Source of the DNA: Escherichia phage BP9
Sequence record: PP488543.1
Direction: 5' to 3' (one strand)
DNA: 64,000 bases
Below are positions 56,168 through 63,567 of the stretch, piece after piece. The position numbers and the translations under genes were made by a program. The notes beneath the pieces were generated by a model that did no database searches, was not told the DNA's origin, and was given only the letters and a program-made list of their open reading frames with translations. Positions within the stretch are counted from its first letter, which is position 1. Each line of letters opens with the position of its first letter.

Positions 56168-56929
56168 TTAAAGTTCCATAAAGTTTTCTACAGTTTCAAT
56201 AAATGCTTTATCAGAGAAAGCGTCAACAGCACCGTTAAACCATACAGGGATCCCGCGATCCTCATATTGATAAAGGTCGCTACGTGAAATGCCACTTCCA
56301 TCTGCACTCTGCGAATCATACTTGTTTACAATCAGCAGCTTTGTGCCTTTACAAGTAGCAGGAAACAATTCCCAGTTAAAATTAATAACTGTGTTAGAAC
56401 AACCTACCAGGATCACCATATCATTGCTTGTGAGAGATGTCAACAGGTCATACATGTCTGTATACTTAGGAGCAACCTCACCGAAGAACACTACATTGGG
56501 CTTAACCCAGGTATACTTGCCTGTATCTACCTCCGTGTATCCGATATTTTTAATTACATCATTACCTTCATCATCTTCGTAGGTGATTTCAGGCAAATAC
56601 CCGTGGACATGTAAAATATCTTCATGTTTTACACCAGCACGCTCCAGCAAATCATCTACATTGGTGGTAAGGTTGATCACACGACCAGACCAGCGGGAAT
56701 ACCACTCAGCGATCCGAAGATGTGCAAGGTTAGGATCAACACTGCCCAGAGCTACACGACGTGCATTGTAAAAATCATGCACCTTATAGTAGTTCTTGGC
56801 AAAGGTGTGGATGTTGCACACCTCATCGATGCTGAAATTCTCCCACATTGCAGTGCTACCAGATCGGAAAGTGGGAATACCAGATTCAGCGCTCAAACCC
56901 GCACCGGATATAATAATCAGTCGTCGCAT
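56168..56929 (-). CDS. Sir2-family (sirtuin) protein lacking Zn-ribbon cysteines
   Basis: GAGLSAESGIPTFRSGS, TNVDDL, HG and NVVFFGE sirtuin motifs; no CxxC pairs between HG and VFFGE. Confidence 0.7.
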   Translation of the reverse strand: MRRLIIISGAGLSAESGIPTFRSGSTAMWENFSIDEVCNIHTFAKNYYKVHDFYNARRVALGSVDPNLAHLRIAEWYSRWSGRVINLTTNVDDLLERAGVKHEDILHVHGYLPEITYEDDEGNDVIKNIGYTEVDTGKYTWVKPNVVFFGEVAPKYTDMYDLLTSLTSNDMVILVGCSNTVINFNWELFPATCKGTKLLIVNKYDSQSADGSGISRSDLYQYEDRGIPVWFNGAVDAFSDKAFIETVENFMEL

Positions 56930-56937
56930 AAGTGCCC

Positions 56938-57288
56938 TCAGTAGATGTTTTGTTTAATCTCTATTCCAAACTTTTTAAACGAGTCAGCTGCAAGCATGAA
57001 TTTACGAGCCGCTGATGGATTAGAAGTATGCACGAAAATCTTCACGTTGTCAACTACAGGAGGCTTACCAAATACAAATTTTTCCTCCAACATAGATAGG
57101 CAATCGTACCCTTCGAATACCTCTCCAAGGTCGTTGTCCATATGCCACTCAGAAACGCGTCTGTAGAGCTTTTTATTATCGTTAATAAAATCCATAAACT
57201 CGGAGGAATTCTTTAGCCAAATAGCGTCTGGGAGCCCATAATTTGAAGGATCTCTCAGATCATCCAGCCACACAATCAACTTCTTCAT
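56938..57288 (-). CDS. hypothetical protein (116 aa)
   Basis: ATGA coupling to the RNA ligase-like gene; MKKLIVWLDDLRDP...VHTSNP. Confidence 0.45.
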   Translation of the reverse strand: MKKLIVWLDDLRDPSNYGLPDAIWLKNSSEFMDFINDNKKLYRRVSEWHMDNDLGEVFEGYDCLSMLEEKFVFGKPPVVDNVKIFVHTSNPSAARKFMLAADSFKKFGIEIKQNIY

Positions 57289-58220
57289 TGCATATAGTCC
57301 TCGTTGTGGAAATAGTGGTCAAGTATCTCACGGCGTTCCTGCTCCAGGAGGCAGTTCCACACATCTTCTGTGTAATTGCTACGAATGAAGTTTACCATGC
57401 CGTAAAACTCTTCATCAACACGTTTAAAGATATCATCATCCCAAATCTTCCAAGCTTTACCCCTCATTACGGCCTTCCGTGCCAGATAGTATGGAGACTT
57501 GATCTTCAGCTGCAGGTCGTAAGGGTAGTAAGGCTTACGGATCATATACCCTTCACCTCTTGTTTCTGCAGCTAATTCTTTTGCATAGCTGAACGGAATT
57601 TCACGCACAGTGTGAGGACGTTTTGCACCAAGGTATTTGGCAATCCCATCTAAAGCTGCTTCTGGTAGCATTATTCCAGAATCATTATATCTGCAACCTA
57701 TCAAATATGCGCCATGATCTTCTTGAACAATATGCGGATCTGAAGGGTGACAAATTTCAAACATGAATGTCATGTTTTCATTGCCCATAACCTTCTTGAT
57801 AAGATCTAAATTACCACATTGCTCCTGGATGGTTTCCTTTGCGAGGTTACAATATGGAGAATCAAGAGATCCGGTTGTTGAGAACAATAGTTCACCTTTA
57901 TGAGATGATACCACACCGAGGAATCCGTTCTTTTTCTCTACCGCAGTCACAAGTTTACTGTCCGGTAGGTTGGTGGAGTTTTCTCCCAAGTTAAACACTT
58001 TTGTGAAGGGCCATGCCACAACATTTCCTTCATTCCCGACAACAATGCCTCGGCACTCCAGTAAACGAGGGGACAAATGCCATAAATTGTTGTAAAATAC
58101 TTTTCTAGCATATTTATAGATCTTTAACCCGAGATCTGGGTAATATCTGCTGGTTACAAGACCTTTGTCAACTAGGTCGTCTGCATTAAAATACTTCATC
58201 ATACGTTCCTCATTTGTCAT
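57285..58220 (-). CDS. RNA ligase-like nucleotidyltransferase
   Basis: K-x-N-G (VEKKNGFLG), F-E (MTFMFEICH), EG motif (GEGYMIRKP), K-x-K (LKIKSP); distinct from the DNA ligase at 53531. Confidence 0.5.
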   Translation of the reverse strand: MTNEERMMKYFNADDLVDKGLVTSRYYPDLGLKIYKYARKVFYNNLWHLSPRLLECRGIVVGNEGNVVAWPFTKVFNLGENSTNLPDSKLVTAVEKKNGFLGVVSSHKGELLFSTTGSLDSPYCNLAKETIQEQCGNLDLIKKVMGNENMTFMFEICHPSDPHIVQEDHGAYLIGCRYNDSGIMLPEAALDGIAKYLGAKRPHTVREIPFSYAKELAAETRGEGYMIRKPYYPYDLQLKIKSPYYLARKAVMRGKAWKIWDDDIFKRVDEEFYGMVNFIRSNYTEDVWNCLLEQERREILDHYFHNEDYMQ

Positions 58221-58263
58221 TTTGTCAGTCTATCCTGCCACACAAATAACCTAGTGTCAACAC

Positions 58264-58292
58264 TTGAAATTAACAAAACAGTTAGGTATACT
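58264..58292 (+). promoter_or_regulatory. sigma70-like promoter (TTGAAA-17-TATACT) in divergent region
   Basis: Track ORF start at 58264 is the -35 TTG; real start at 58321. Confidence 0.45.
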
Positions 58293-58320
58293 ATCGTTGA
58301 AATTAAAACGGAGGGTCACT

Positions 58321-58728
58321 ATGTCTAAAATGCTATATATCGTGCGTGGTCTACCAGGGTCTGGCAAATCAACACTGGCAAATGCGCTATCTTTAGAGGG
58401 TCTGTATCCACATTTTGAGAACGACATGTTCTGGTACGACGATGATGGAAATTACAACTGGGATGCAAGTAAAGTCACACTTGCAGCAAAATGGTGCAAA
58501 GATAACGTAGAAGATATGATGCGTATGGGATACGACCGTATCGTGGTAAGTAATACGTTTACAAAAGAAAAATATGTGCAAAAATATATTGACATGGCAA
58601 TCAGTTATGGGTATAGTTATACCGTAATCGTGGTTGAAAACCGCCACGGTAATAAAAGCATTCATGCTTCAGACGAGGTTGTGGATCGTATGGAACGCCA
58701 ACTTAAAAACTGCATTAAACTTAAATGA
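58321..58728 (+). CDS. P-loop polynucleotide kinase-like protein
   Basis: ATG after GGAGGG; Walker A GLPGSGKST; 135 aa. Confidence 0.55.
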   Translation: MSKMLYIVRGLPGSGKSTLANALSLEGLYPHFENDMFWYDDDGNYNWDASKVTLAAKWCKDNVEDMMRMGYDRIVVSNTFTKEKYVQKYIDMAISYGYSYTVIVVENRHGNKSIHASDEVVDRMERQLKNCIKLK

Positions 58729-58735
58729 GGAATGT

Positions 58736-59290
58736 ATGAAATACTTTGTAACAAGCGACACACACTTTCTCCACCAGCGGGTCATGGAGTTTGATTCATG
58801 TCAAAAACACAGATCTCAGTATGATCACAATCTTGACAGTATGAATGCGGGAATCATCGCCGAGTGGAACTCTGTTGTGTCACCTGCAGACACTGTGTTC
58901 CACTTGGGGGATATTGCGTGCACTAATGATAAGAATATCAACAACTTACTTCCAGATATTCTAAATATGTTGAACGGACATATTATTCTTGTTCGTGGCA
59001 ACCATGACACAAGGACGACTGTCAGAATTATGAAAGAGTTCTATCATGAGGTTGTAGATTATTACGAGCTTCGCCACAACAAGAATTTGATCTGTATGAG
59101 CCATTACCAATTTGCAAAGTGGAACAGAAAGCATCACGGATCAGTCCAACTGTTCGGTCATGCTCACGGAACCACACAACAGTTGTTTGGCAGGCAGCTT
59201 GATGTCGGTTGGGATGTGTGGGGGAGACTCTTACCATTAGAAGAGGCATACCGTATTGCAATGAGTTTTGCTATTGACAGCGGGGAGTAA
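58736..59290 (+). CDS. calcineurin-type metallophosphoesterase
   Basis: SDTHF, HLGDIA, VRGNHD, GHAHG metallophosphatase motifs. Confidence 0.65.
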   Translation: MKYFVTSDTHFLHQRVMEFDSCQKHRSQYDHNLDSMNAGIIAEWNSVVSPADTVFHLGDIACTNDKNINNLLPDILNMLNGHIILVRGNHDTRTTVRIMKEFYHEVVDYYELRHNKNLICMSHYQFAKWNRKHHGSVQLFGHAHGTTQQLFGRQLDVGWDVWGRLLPLEEAYRIAMSFAIDSGE

Positions 59291-59337
59291 TCCCTGCTAT
59301 TTTAAAGAAAATTGCCACACAAGGAGAATCAGGAGAT

Positions 59338-59688
59338 ATGAAAGATGGGGATAAGCTGCTATATCTTAAAGTCCCCCTTGAAATACTGTCTATGTCAAAA
59401 GTTTTGAATGACACAACTGGAGAGGTTGTTGTTCTTGACTTGTATGACAAGATTGTATACTGCTACCTGCACAACTGGTATAAGCTTGGAGGAAATTCAC
59501 GCTTCACACCCAGCACAAGGAAAATTGCAGCAGATGTTGGGATAAAGAAAACAAAAGCAGCAGCGTGCGTTAAAACTTTAGAGTGTGCAGGGGTGGTTGA
59601 AACATCCACACAAGGGAGAGGTAAAAGATGCACATTTTCCAAAGTTTTGCCGCCAGAAGAAGTTATTCGAATGTCAACAACTGGTTAG
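59338..59688 (+). CDS. putative HTH DNA-binding protein (116 aa)
   Basis: RBS AAGGAG; helix-turn-helix-like TRKIAADVGIKKTKAAACVKTLE. Confidence 0.45.
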   Translation: MKDGDKLLYLKVPLEILSMSKVLNDTTGEVVVLDLYDKIVYCYLHNWYKLGGNSRFTPSTRKIAADVGIKKTKAAACVKTLECAGVVETSTQGRGKRCTFSKVLPPEEVIRMSTTG

Positions 59689-59763
59689 ACCAGTAAAAAC
59701 TTAAATATCTGTACTATAAGGATTTGTATGTTTTATGTTCACCATGGAACAGAAACTATTAAC

Positions 59764-59823
59764 TGTCCGTCACGCGGACACATCTGTCCGTAATACGGAC
59801 ACTAACTGTCCGTGATACGGACA
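59764..59823. promoter_or_regulatory. three tandem palindromic operator-like sites TGTCCGT-N3/5-ACGGACA
   Basis: 59764-59780, 59785-59801, 59807-59823; centres 21-22 bp apart. Confidence 0.5.
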
Positions 59824-59960
59824 CATAAAGAATATAACTAAAATAACTAAATAATAAAAAATAAAAGATCTAGTACTTATGGTACTAAGTACATATACTT
59901 AACTTATGTAGAATATACTAGATCCTAAGTACCATGTTTTAAATTTATTACTTTCTATAG

Positions 59961-60180
59961 GTAGTGTCGGCCCTTCATTGGCACTCGCCTACGAGGGGCG
60001 AGATGCCGGGCCTCTATAGTGCACACAATAACAGAAGTGCATACATGCAGGACTGTTAACATGTGTGGGAGCGAAGCGATAGCGCAGGCCAAAGGCCGAG
60101 CACTAATGTGGACCACCGACGAAAGCTTGCCAGCGCCGGAAGGAGTCGGTTGAGAGCCTCCCGCGCGAGTTCGGATAAAG
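59961..60180 (+). ncRNA. GC-rich stem-rich segment: candidate structured RNA (class unknown)
   Basis: About 60% GC island in AT-rich DNA; multiple nested complementary segments; no ORF; strand not determined. Confidence 0.3.
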
Positions 60181-60327
60181 TTTATGTGTGGAAACTGACA
60201 AGAAGGTCCCTAAATCGCTCCACAGCTATATAAACTATACCAAGTAAGGCAATCGCACCAGTTTGATAGAAAAGCTCGTTACAAAGCGATACAGTGAGTT
60301 TTTCTATAACTTGAAGAGGAGGCTGCT

Positions 60328-60906
60328 ATGAGTTCACGCAAAGATGCCCGTGAAAAGATTGCAAAACGTTATCAGGATGAAGAACAGATGGAGAAAACTT
60401 TCAAGTGGAAGCCAGGTTTCCAGCGTAATCATTCTAACGCTCGTGATCGTAAGCATCCGGATAAGTGGTTAACACCGCCAAATGATGGCATGCAAGTCGG
60501 TGATGAGAAAGAGCTATCGCCTGGAAAAGATGGCAACTACATTCGCACTAAGGAAGCAGGTCCAAAGGATGACAGCTATCTTGTAGATAAGGTTCTTGAT
60601 GGTATTGATGTAGATGTTGACACTGCACGAAACCTTTTTCTTGGTTGGTATCGTACAGGGTTTTTCGACATCAAGGCTATTCGTCGTGTTTGTGATATTA
60701 AAAAGTCTGCCTATGATGATGACTCTCTACATCGCACTCTGAGACAATACTCAGAGAGATATGGTCATCCAGTTATCACTCTTGACGATATTAACGAAGT
60801 GCTGTATCATGCAGAGGTTGTTGCAGGTAGATTCGGTGATGCATATCTCGGTATTCTTTCTGCAAAAGATGAGGTAATGTTAAATAAAATTTACTATGAA
60901 CGCTGA
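60328..60906 (+). CDS. hypothetical protein (192 aa)
   Basis: RBS GAGGAGG upstream of ATG. Confidence 0.55.
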   Translation: MSSRKDAREKIAKRYQDEEQMEKTFKWKPGFQRNHSNARDRKHPDKWLTPPNDGMQVGDEKELSPGKDGNYIRTKEAGPKDDSYLVDKVLDGIDVDVDTARNLFLGWYRTGFFDIKAIRRVCDIKKSAYDDDSLHRTLRQYSERYGHPVITLDDINEVLYHAEVVAGRFGDAYLGILSAKDEVMLNKIYYER

Positions 60907-61105
60907 GGAGCGCTTAATGAACAACCCGGTAGCAAAGAACTGTAATAAGTTCAACAAGTCTGCAATTCACACTGACAGGAAAAAGGGATGGTCCCCTGAT
61001 ATTGACGAGGAGCTTGAGGATTACTTTGAAGGTCTTGCCATCAACGCGGAGGAGATTGCGATTAAAGAATACGCAGACAGGAAGGATAAGGCCGGAATCT
61101 GTTGA
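60896..61105 (+). CDS. hypothetical protein (69 aa)
   Basis: Overlaps previous gene end; RBS GAGGAG. Confidence 0.4.
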   Translation: MNAEERLMNNPVAKNCNKFNKSAIHTDRKKGWSPDIDEELEDYFEGLAINAEEIAIKEYADRKDKAGIC

Positions 61106-61181
61106 CAAAAACAGTGTTACCTGATAAGATCTGCAATATGATGTGATGCAATTTTAACTTACGAGGTCTACAGGTAATGCT

Positions 61182-61424
61182 ATGTTTAAGGTTAAGCTCG
61201 TTTTTCGTTCCATGAATGAGGATTATTTAGAAGATGAAGGTGAATTTCGTGCACTGGATGATGCAATAGATTTTGCCAACGACTTAGCTTGTATGAATAC
61301 TGGTTATGGGTTATGCTGTTGGGATGGTGGTGTTCAGATCGGTGATAGCAAGATCTTCTACTTCTACCCTGAGCCTGATAACAAACAAATTAAGTATGTT
61401 TTATTTATTTGTGCTTTACAATGA
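61182..61424 (+). CDS. hypothetical acidic protein (80 aa)
   Basis: TTGACA-17-TAAGAT promoter-like upstream. Confidence 0.5.
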   Translation: MFKVKLVFRSMNEDYLEDEGEFRALDDAIDFANDLACMNTGYGLCCWDGGVQIGDSKIFYFYPEPDNKQIKYVLFICALQ

Positions 61425-61479
61425 GGTTGTTTTCGTGTATCATGATGAATATCCAATTTAAAGATGAATTTGATGGCTT

Positions 61480-61712
61480 TATCTCCGGATGCTTTGAAAC
61501 AGGGTTCGGAGAAGACTGAGTTCCCCTTAGAGGGCTTGATAGTGCACCACACTTAAAATGGTAGGGGGCAGCCAGCACATGACGATGTGACCCCAGCCAA
61601 CCTGTAACAAGGTCGAGCCGAAGCGCGGGTAATAGGCCTCTGGTAACCCACTTGTTGGGTCTTGCTGGTCCAGGACGCTGGACAAGTCGCAGGGAATATC
61701 TCCCTGCGGCGA
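61480..61712 (+). ncRNA. GC-rich stem-rich segment: candidate structured RNA or complex terminator
   Basis: Hairpins CGCAGGGA-ATAT-CTCCCTGCG, CCAG-GACG-CTGG, ACCCA-CTTGT-TGGGT; no ORF; lies upstream of the promoter at 61705. Confidence 0.3.
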
Positions 61713-61733
61713 ACTTGACAATCAGTACTTGCT
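61705..61733 (+). promoter_or_regulatory. sigma70-like promoter (TTGACA-17-TAAAAT)
   Basis: Upstream of 61772 gene. Confidence 0.45.
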
Positions 61734-61771
61734 ATGATAAAATCCACCTATCACGTGATAATGGAGGAAAC

Positions 61772-62110
61772 ATGGCGGATACAACTAAAAAGCGTCGCCG
61801 TAGAGGCAGACCTCTGAAAGAGGAGTCCAACGCCATTCAGCTAGAGAAGAACATCCTTGATATGAAGGAATCTTTTATAGCGATGGTTCCAGAAGCTCAC
61901 AAAGTTTTAAGAGAGCTGATGTTGGACCCGAAAACCAAACAAAATATTCGTCAAAGCATTGCAGAGTATGTTCTTGATAAGGCAGACCGAATGCAGGAAG
62001 AATATGATGAGATGTTTGGTGAAGAGGAAGAGGTGGTAGTGGAAGAGGCTGAAAAACCAGCACCTTTTATGCCATTTACTACAGAAATACAGCCTGTTAG
62101 CAATAGCTAA
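61772..62110 (+). CDS. basic DNA-binding-like protein (112 aa)
   Basis: ATG after GGAGGA; N-terminal KKRRRRGRP (AT-hook-like), acidic C-terminus. Confidence 0.5.
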   Translation: MADTTKKRRRRGRPLKEESNAIQLEKNILDMKESFIAMVPEAHKVLRELMLDPKTKQNIRQSIAEYVLDKADRMQEEYDEMFGEEEEVVVEEAEKPAPFMPFTTEIQPVSNS

Positions 62111-62119
62111 AATATTTTC

Positions 62120-62148
62120 TTGACAAACTTTGCTTAACAGTGTAATAT
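62120..62148 (+). promoter_or_regulatory. sigma70-like promoter (TTGACA-17-TAATAT) ahead of tRNA cluster
   Basis: TTGACA 62120-62125, TAATAT 62143-62148. Confidence 0.5.
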
Positions 62149-62206
62149 TGTAAACATGGTCTCCCACCTTTTCTGGCGGCTCAGGTGTAAAAGAAAGCCA
62201 CCCAGT

Positions 62207-62281
62207 GCCCTGTTAGCTTAGTGGATAAAGCAGCGGCCTTCTAAGCCGTTGACACTGGTTCGAGTCCAGTACGGGGTGCCA
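62207..62281 (+). tRNA. tRNA-Arg (anticodon TCT)
   Basis: Hand-folded cloverleaf: acceptor GCCCTGT/ACGGGGT, D-stem GCTT/AAGC, anticodon loop CTTCTAA, T-loop TTCGAGT, encoded CCA. Confidence 0.7.
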
Positions 62282-62411
62282 AGTTCTTTTTAATGTAGCT
62301 TACTTTAGCAGAGTAAATCTTCGGCAAGTGGCGGTAACCACTTTACCGATACCTCATAGTTAGTGGTTAGAACACTAGCTATTTTAAAAAGAATTTAAAT
62401 ATTAGTATTTA

Positions 62412-62499
62412 GGTGAGTTAATTCCGTAGGGGTAGCGGGGCAGACTGTAAATCTGTTATCATTGCGATTCGGGTGGTTCGACTCCATCACTCACCACCA
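62412..62499 (+). tRNA. tRNA-Tyr (anticodon GTA), long variable arm
   Basis: Acceptor GGTGAGT/ACTCACC, anticodon loop CTGTAAA, T-loop TTCGACT, CCA encoded; D-arm irregular in hand fold. Confidence 0.55.
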
Positions 62500-62613
62500 A
62501 ATTTATATTTTTAGATGCATAAATCATACAGATAATGGCATTGATATTTATCGTCGTTTATACTAGTCACTAACTGCTCGAAAATCAGTGTCATTATCAG
62601 TATAATTTATAAA

Positions 62614-62704
62614 GGAGGGTAGGGAGCAATGGTGCTCAAGCGGTCTTGAAAACCGTCCCATTGAGGATGACTCGATGATGGTTCGATTCCATTACTCTCC
62701 GCCA
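62614..62704 (+). tRNA. tRNA-Ser (anticodon TGA), long variable arm
   Basis: Acceptor GGAGGGT/ACTCTCC, anticodon loop CTTGAAA, ~20-nt variable arm, T-loop TTCGATT, CCA encoded. Confidence 0.6.
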
Positions 62705-62802
62705 CATTGTTGACCTTGTAATTAAGCGAAAGCCGGAAGCAGAACCGGATTATCAAATGTTACAGTCGTCATCGCCGACTAGCAACATGGTCAACATACT
62801 GA

Positions 62803-62901
62803 GCTAGGTAAGCCCTTTGGCAAGGGCGAGGATTTTTAATCCTGAAAATAGACGAGGTAGTCGTTGAATACATAGGTGGTTCGATTCCACCGCCTAGCAC
62901 C
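62803..62901 (+). tRNA. aberrant tRNA-like element (99 nt; anticodon-loop TTT, oversized variable region)
   Basis: Acceptor GCTAGGT/GCCTAGC, D-arm GCCC/GGGC, loop TTTTTAA, T-arm GGTGG-TTCGATT-CCACC, but ~30 nt between anticodon stem and T-arm. Confidence 0.3.
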
Positions 62902-62906
62902 TTTTT

Positions 62907-62982
62907 GCTGATGTAGCACAATTGGTAGTGCAATTGATTTGTAATCAATAGGTTGCAGGTTCAAGTCCTGCCATCAGCACCA
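62907..62982 (+). tRNA. tRNA-Thr (anticodon TGT)
   Basis: Acceptor GCTGATG/CATCAGC, D-stem GCAC/GTGC, anticodon loop TTTGTAA, T-loop TTCAAGT, CCA encoded. Confidence 0.75.
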
Positions 62983-62983
62983 A

Positions 62984-63058
62984 GGCCCTGTAGCTGGAAG
63001 GTTCAAGCAAGCGACTCATAATCGCCAGACGGTGGTTCAATTCCACCCAGGGCCACCA
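62984..63058 (+). tRNA. tRNA-Met (anticodon CAT; Ile2 not excluded)
   Basis: Acceptor GGCCCTG/CAGGGCC, anticodon loop CTCATAA, T-loop TTCAATT, CCA encoded. Confidence 0.7.
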
Positions 63059-63069
63059 AATAGTAAATA

Positions 63070-63146
63070 CTCCGCGTAGCTCAGCTTGGTAGAGCGCCTG
63101 ATTTGGGATCAGGAGGTCGAGTGTTCGAATCACTCCGTGGAGACCA
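63070..63146 (+). tRNA. tRNA-Pro (anticodon TGG)
   Basis: Acceptor CTCCGCG/CGTGGAG, D-stem GCTC/GAGC, anticodon loop TTTGGGA, T-loop TTCGAAT, CCA encoded. Confidence 0.75.
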
Positions 63147-63192
63147 CTTTCAGTTATACTTTAAACATATACAAACAAAAGGAACCTTTAAA

Positions 63193-63462
63193 ATGTATAC
63201 ACTTAAAATTGTAGAGCGTGTGAATCCAACCCATACCGTAGATTTTCGTGACGATTTCAATCCTCTGGCTGTAAATCTTCGAGAGTCATATCATGAACTC
63301 AGCTGCGATGCAGTGGTGGTCTTTTTTGAAGACAACTCTGAAGGGGCGGTAGCTTGTGTTGTTGATAGTGAGCAGAAGTTTTATATTTACAGAGATGTAG
63401 ATGCATACTTGATGAATGAAAATGCAGTTACTGTTAGAATCATCCACCGAGTGCCTCGATAA
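63193..63462 (+). CDS. hypothetical protein (89 aa)
   Basis: ATG 63193; upstream part of track ORF overlaps tRNA-Pro. Confidence 0.45.
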   Translation: MYTLKIVERVNPTHTVDFRDDFNPLAVNLRESYHELSCDAVVVFFEDNSEGAVACVVDSEQKFYIYRDVDAYLMNENAVTVRIIHRVPR

Positions 63463-63514
63463 GTATTAGTCTCCTTTTAGTTAGTTTCGATCTATTTAGG
63501 TTACTCAATTTTAA

Positions 63515-63549
63515 CCCGCCCCGTTAGCTGTATAGCTGCGGGGTTTTTT
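63515..63549 (+). terminator. intrinsic terminator
   Basis: CCCGCCCCG...CTGCGGGG stem followed by TTTTTT. Confidence 0.55.
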
Positions 63550-63567
63550 CGTTTCTGGAGCCTTAAA

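Noticed and set aside
59961-60180. Assignment as RNase P RNA
   Set aside because: Only short resemblances (GCCGGGCC, ACAGAAG); element is ~220 nt and I could not find the P4 pairing partner; left as unclassified structured-RNA candidate.
62282-62411. Possible additional tRNA between tRNA-Arg and tRNA-Tyr
   Set aside because: Contains a D-arm-like TAGTTAGTGGTTAGAAC but no T-arm (no GTTC(G/A)A) and no acceptor pairing.
62541-62564. Second promoter for the distal tRNAs (TTGATA ... TATACT)
   Set aside because: Spacer only ~12 bp; not a credible sigma70 promoter as spaced.
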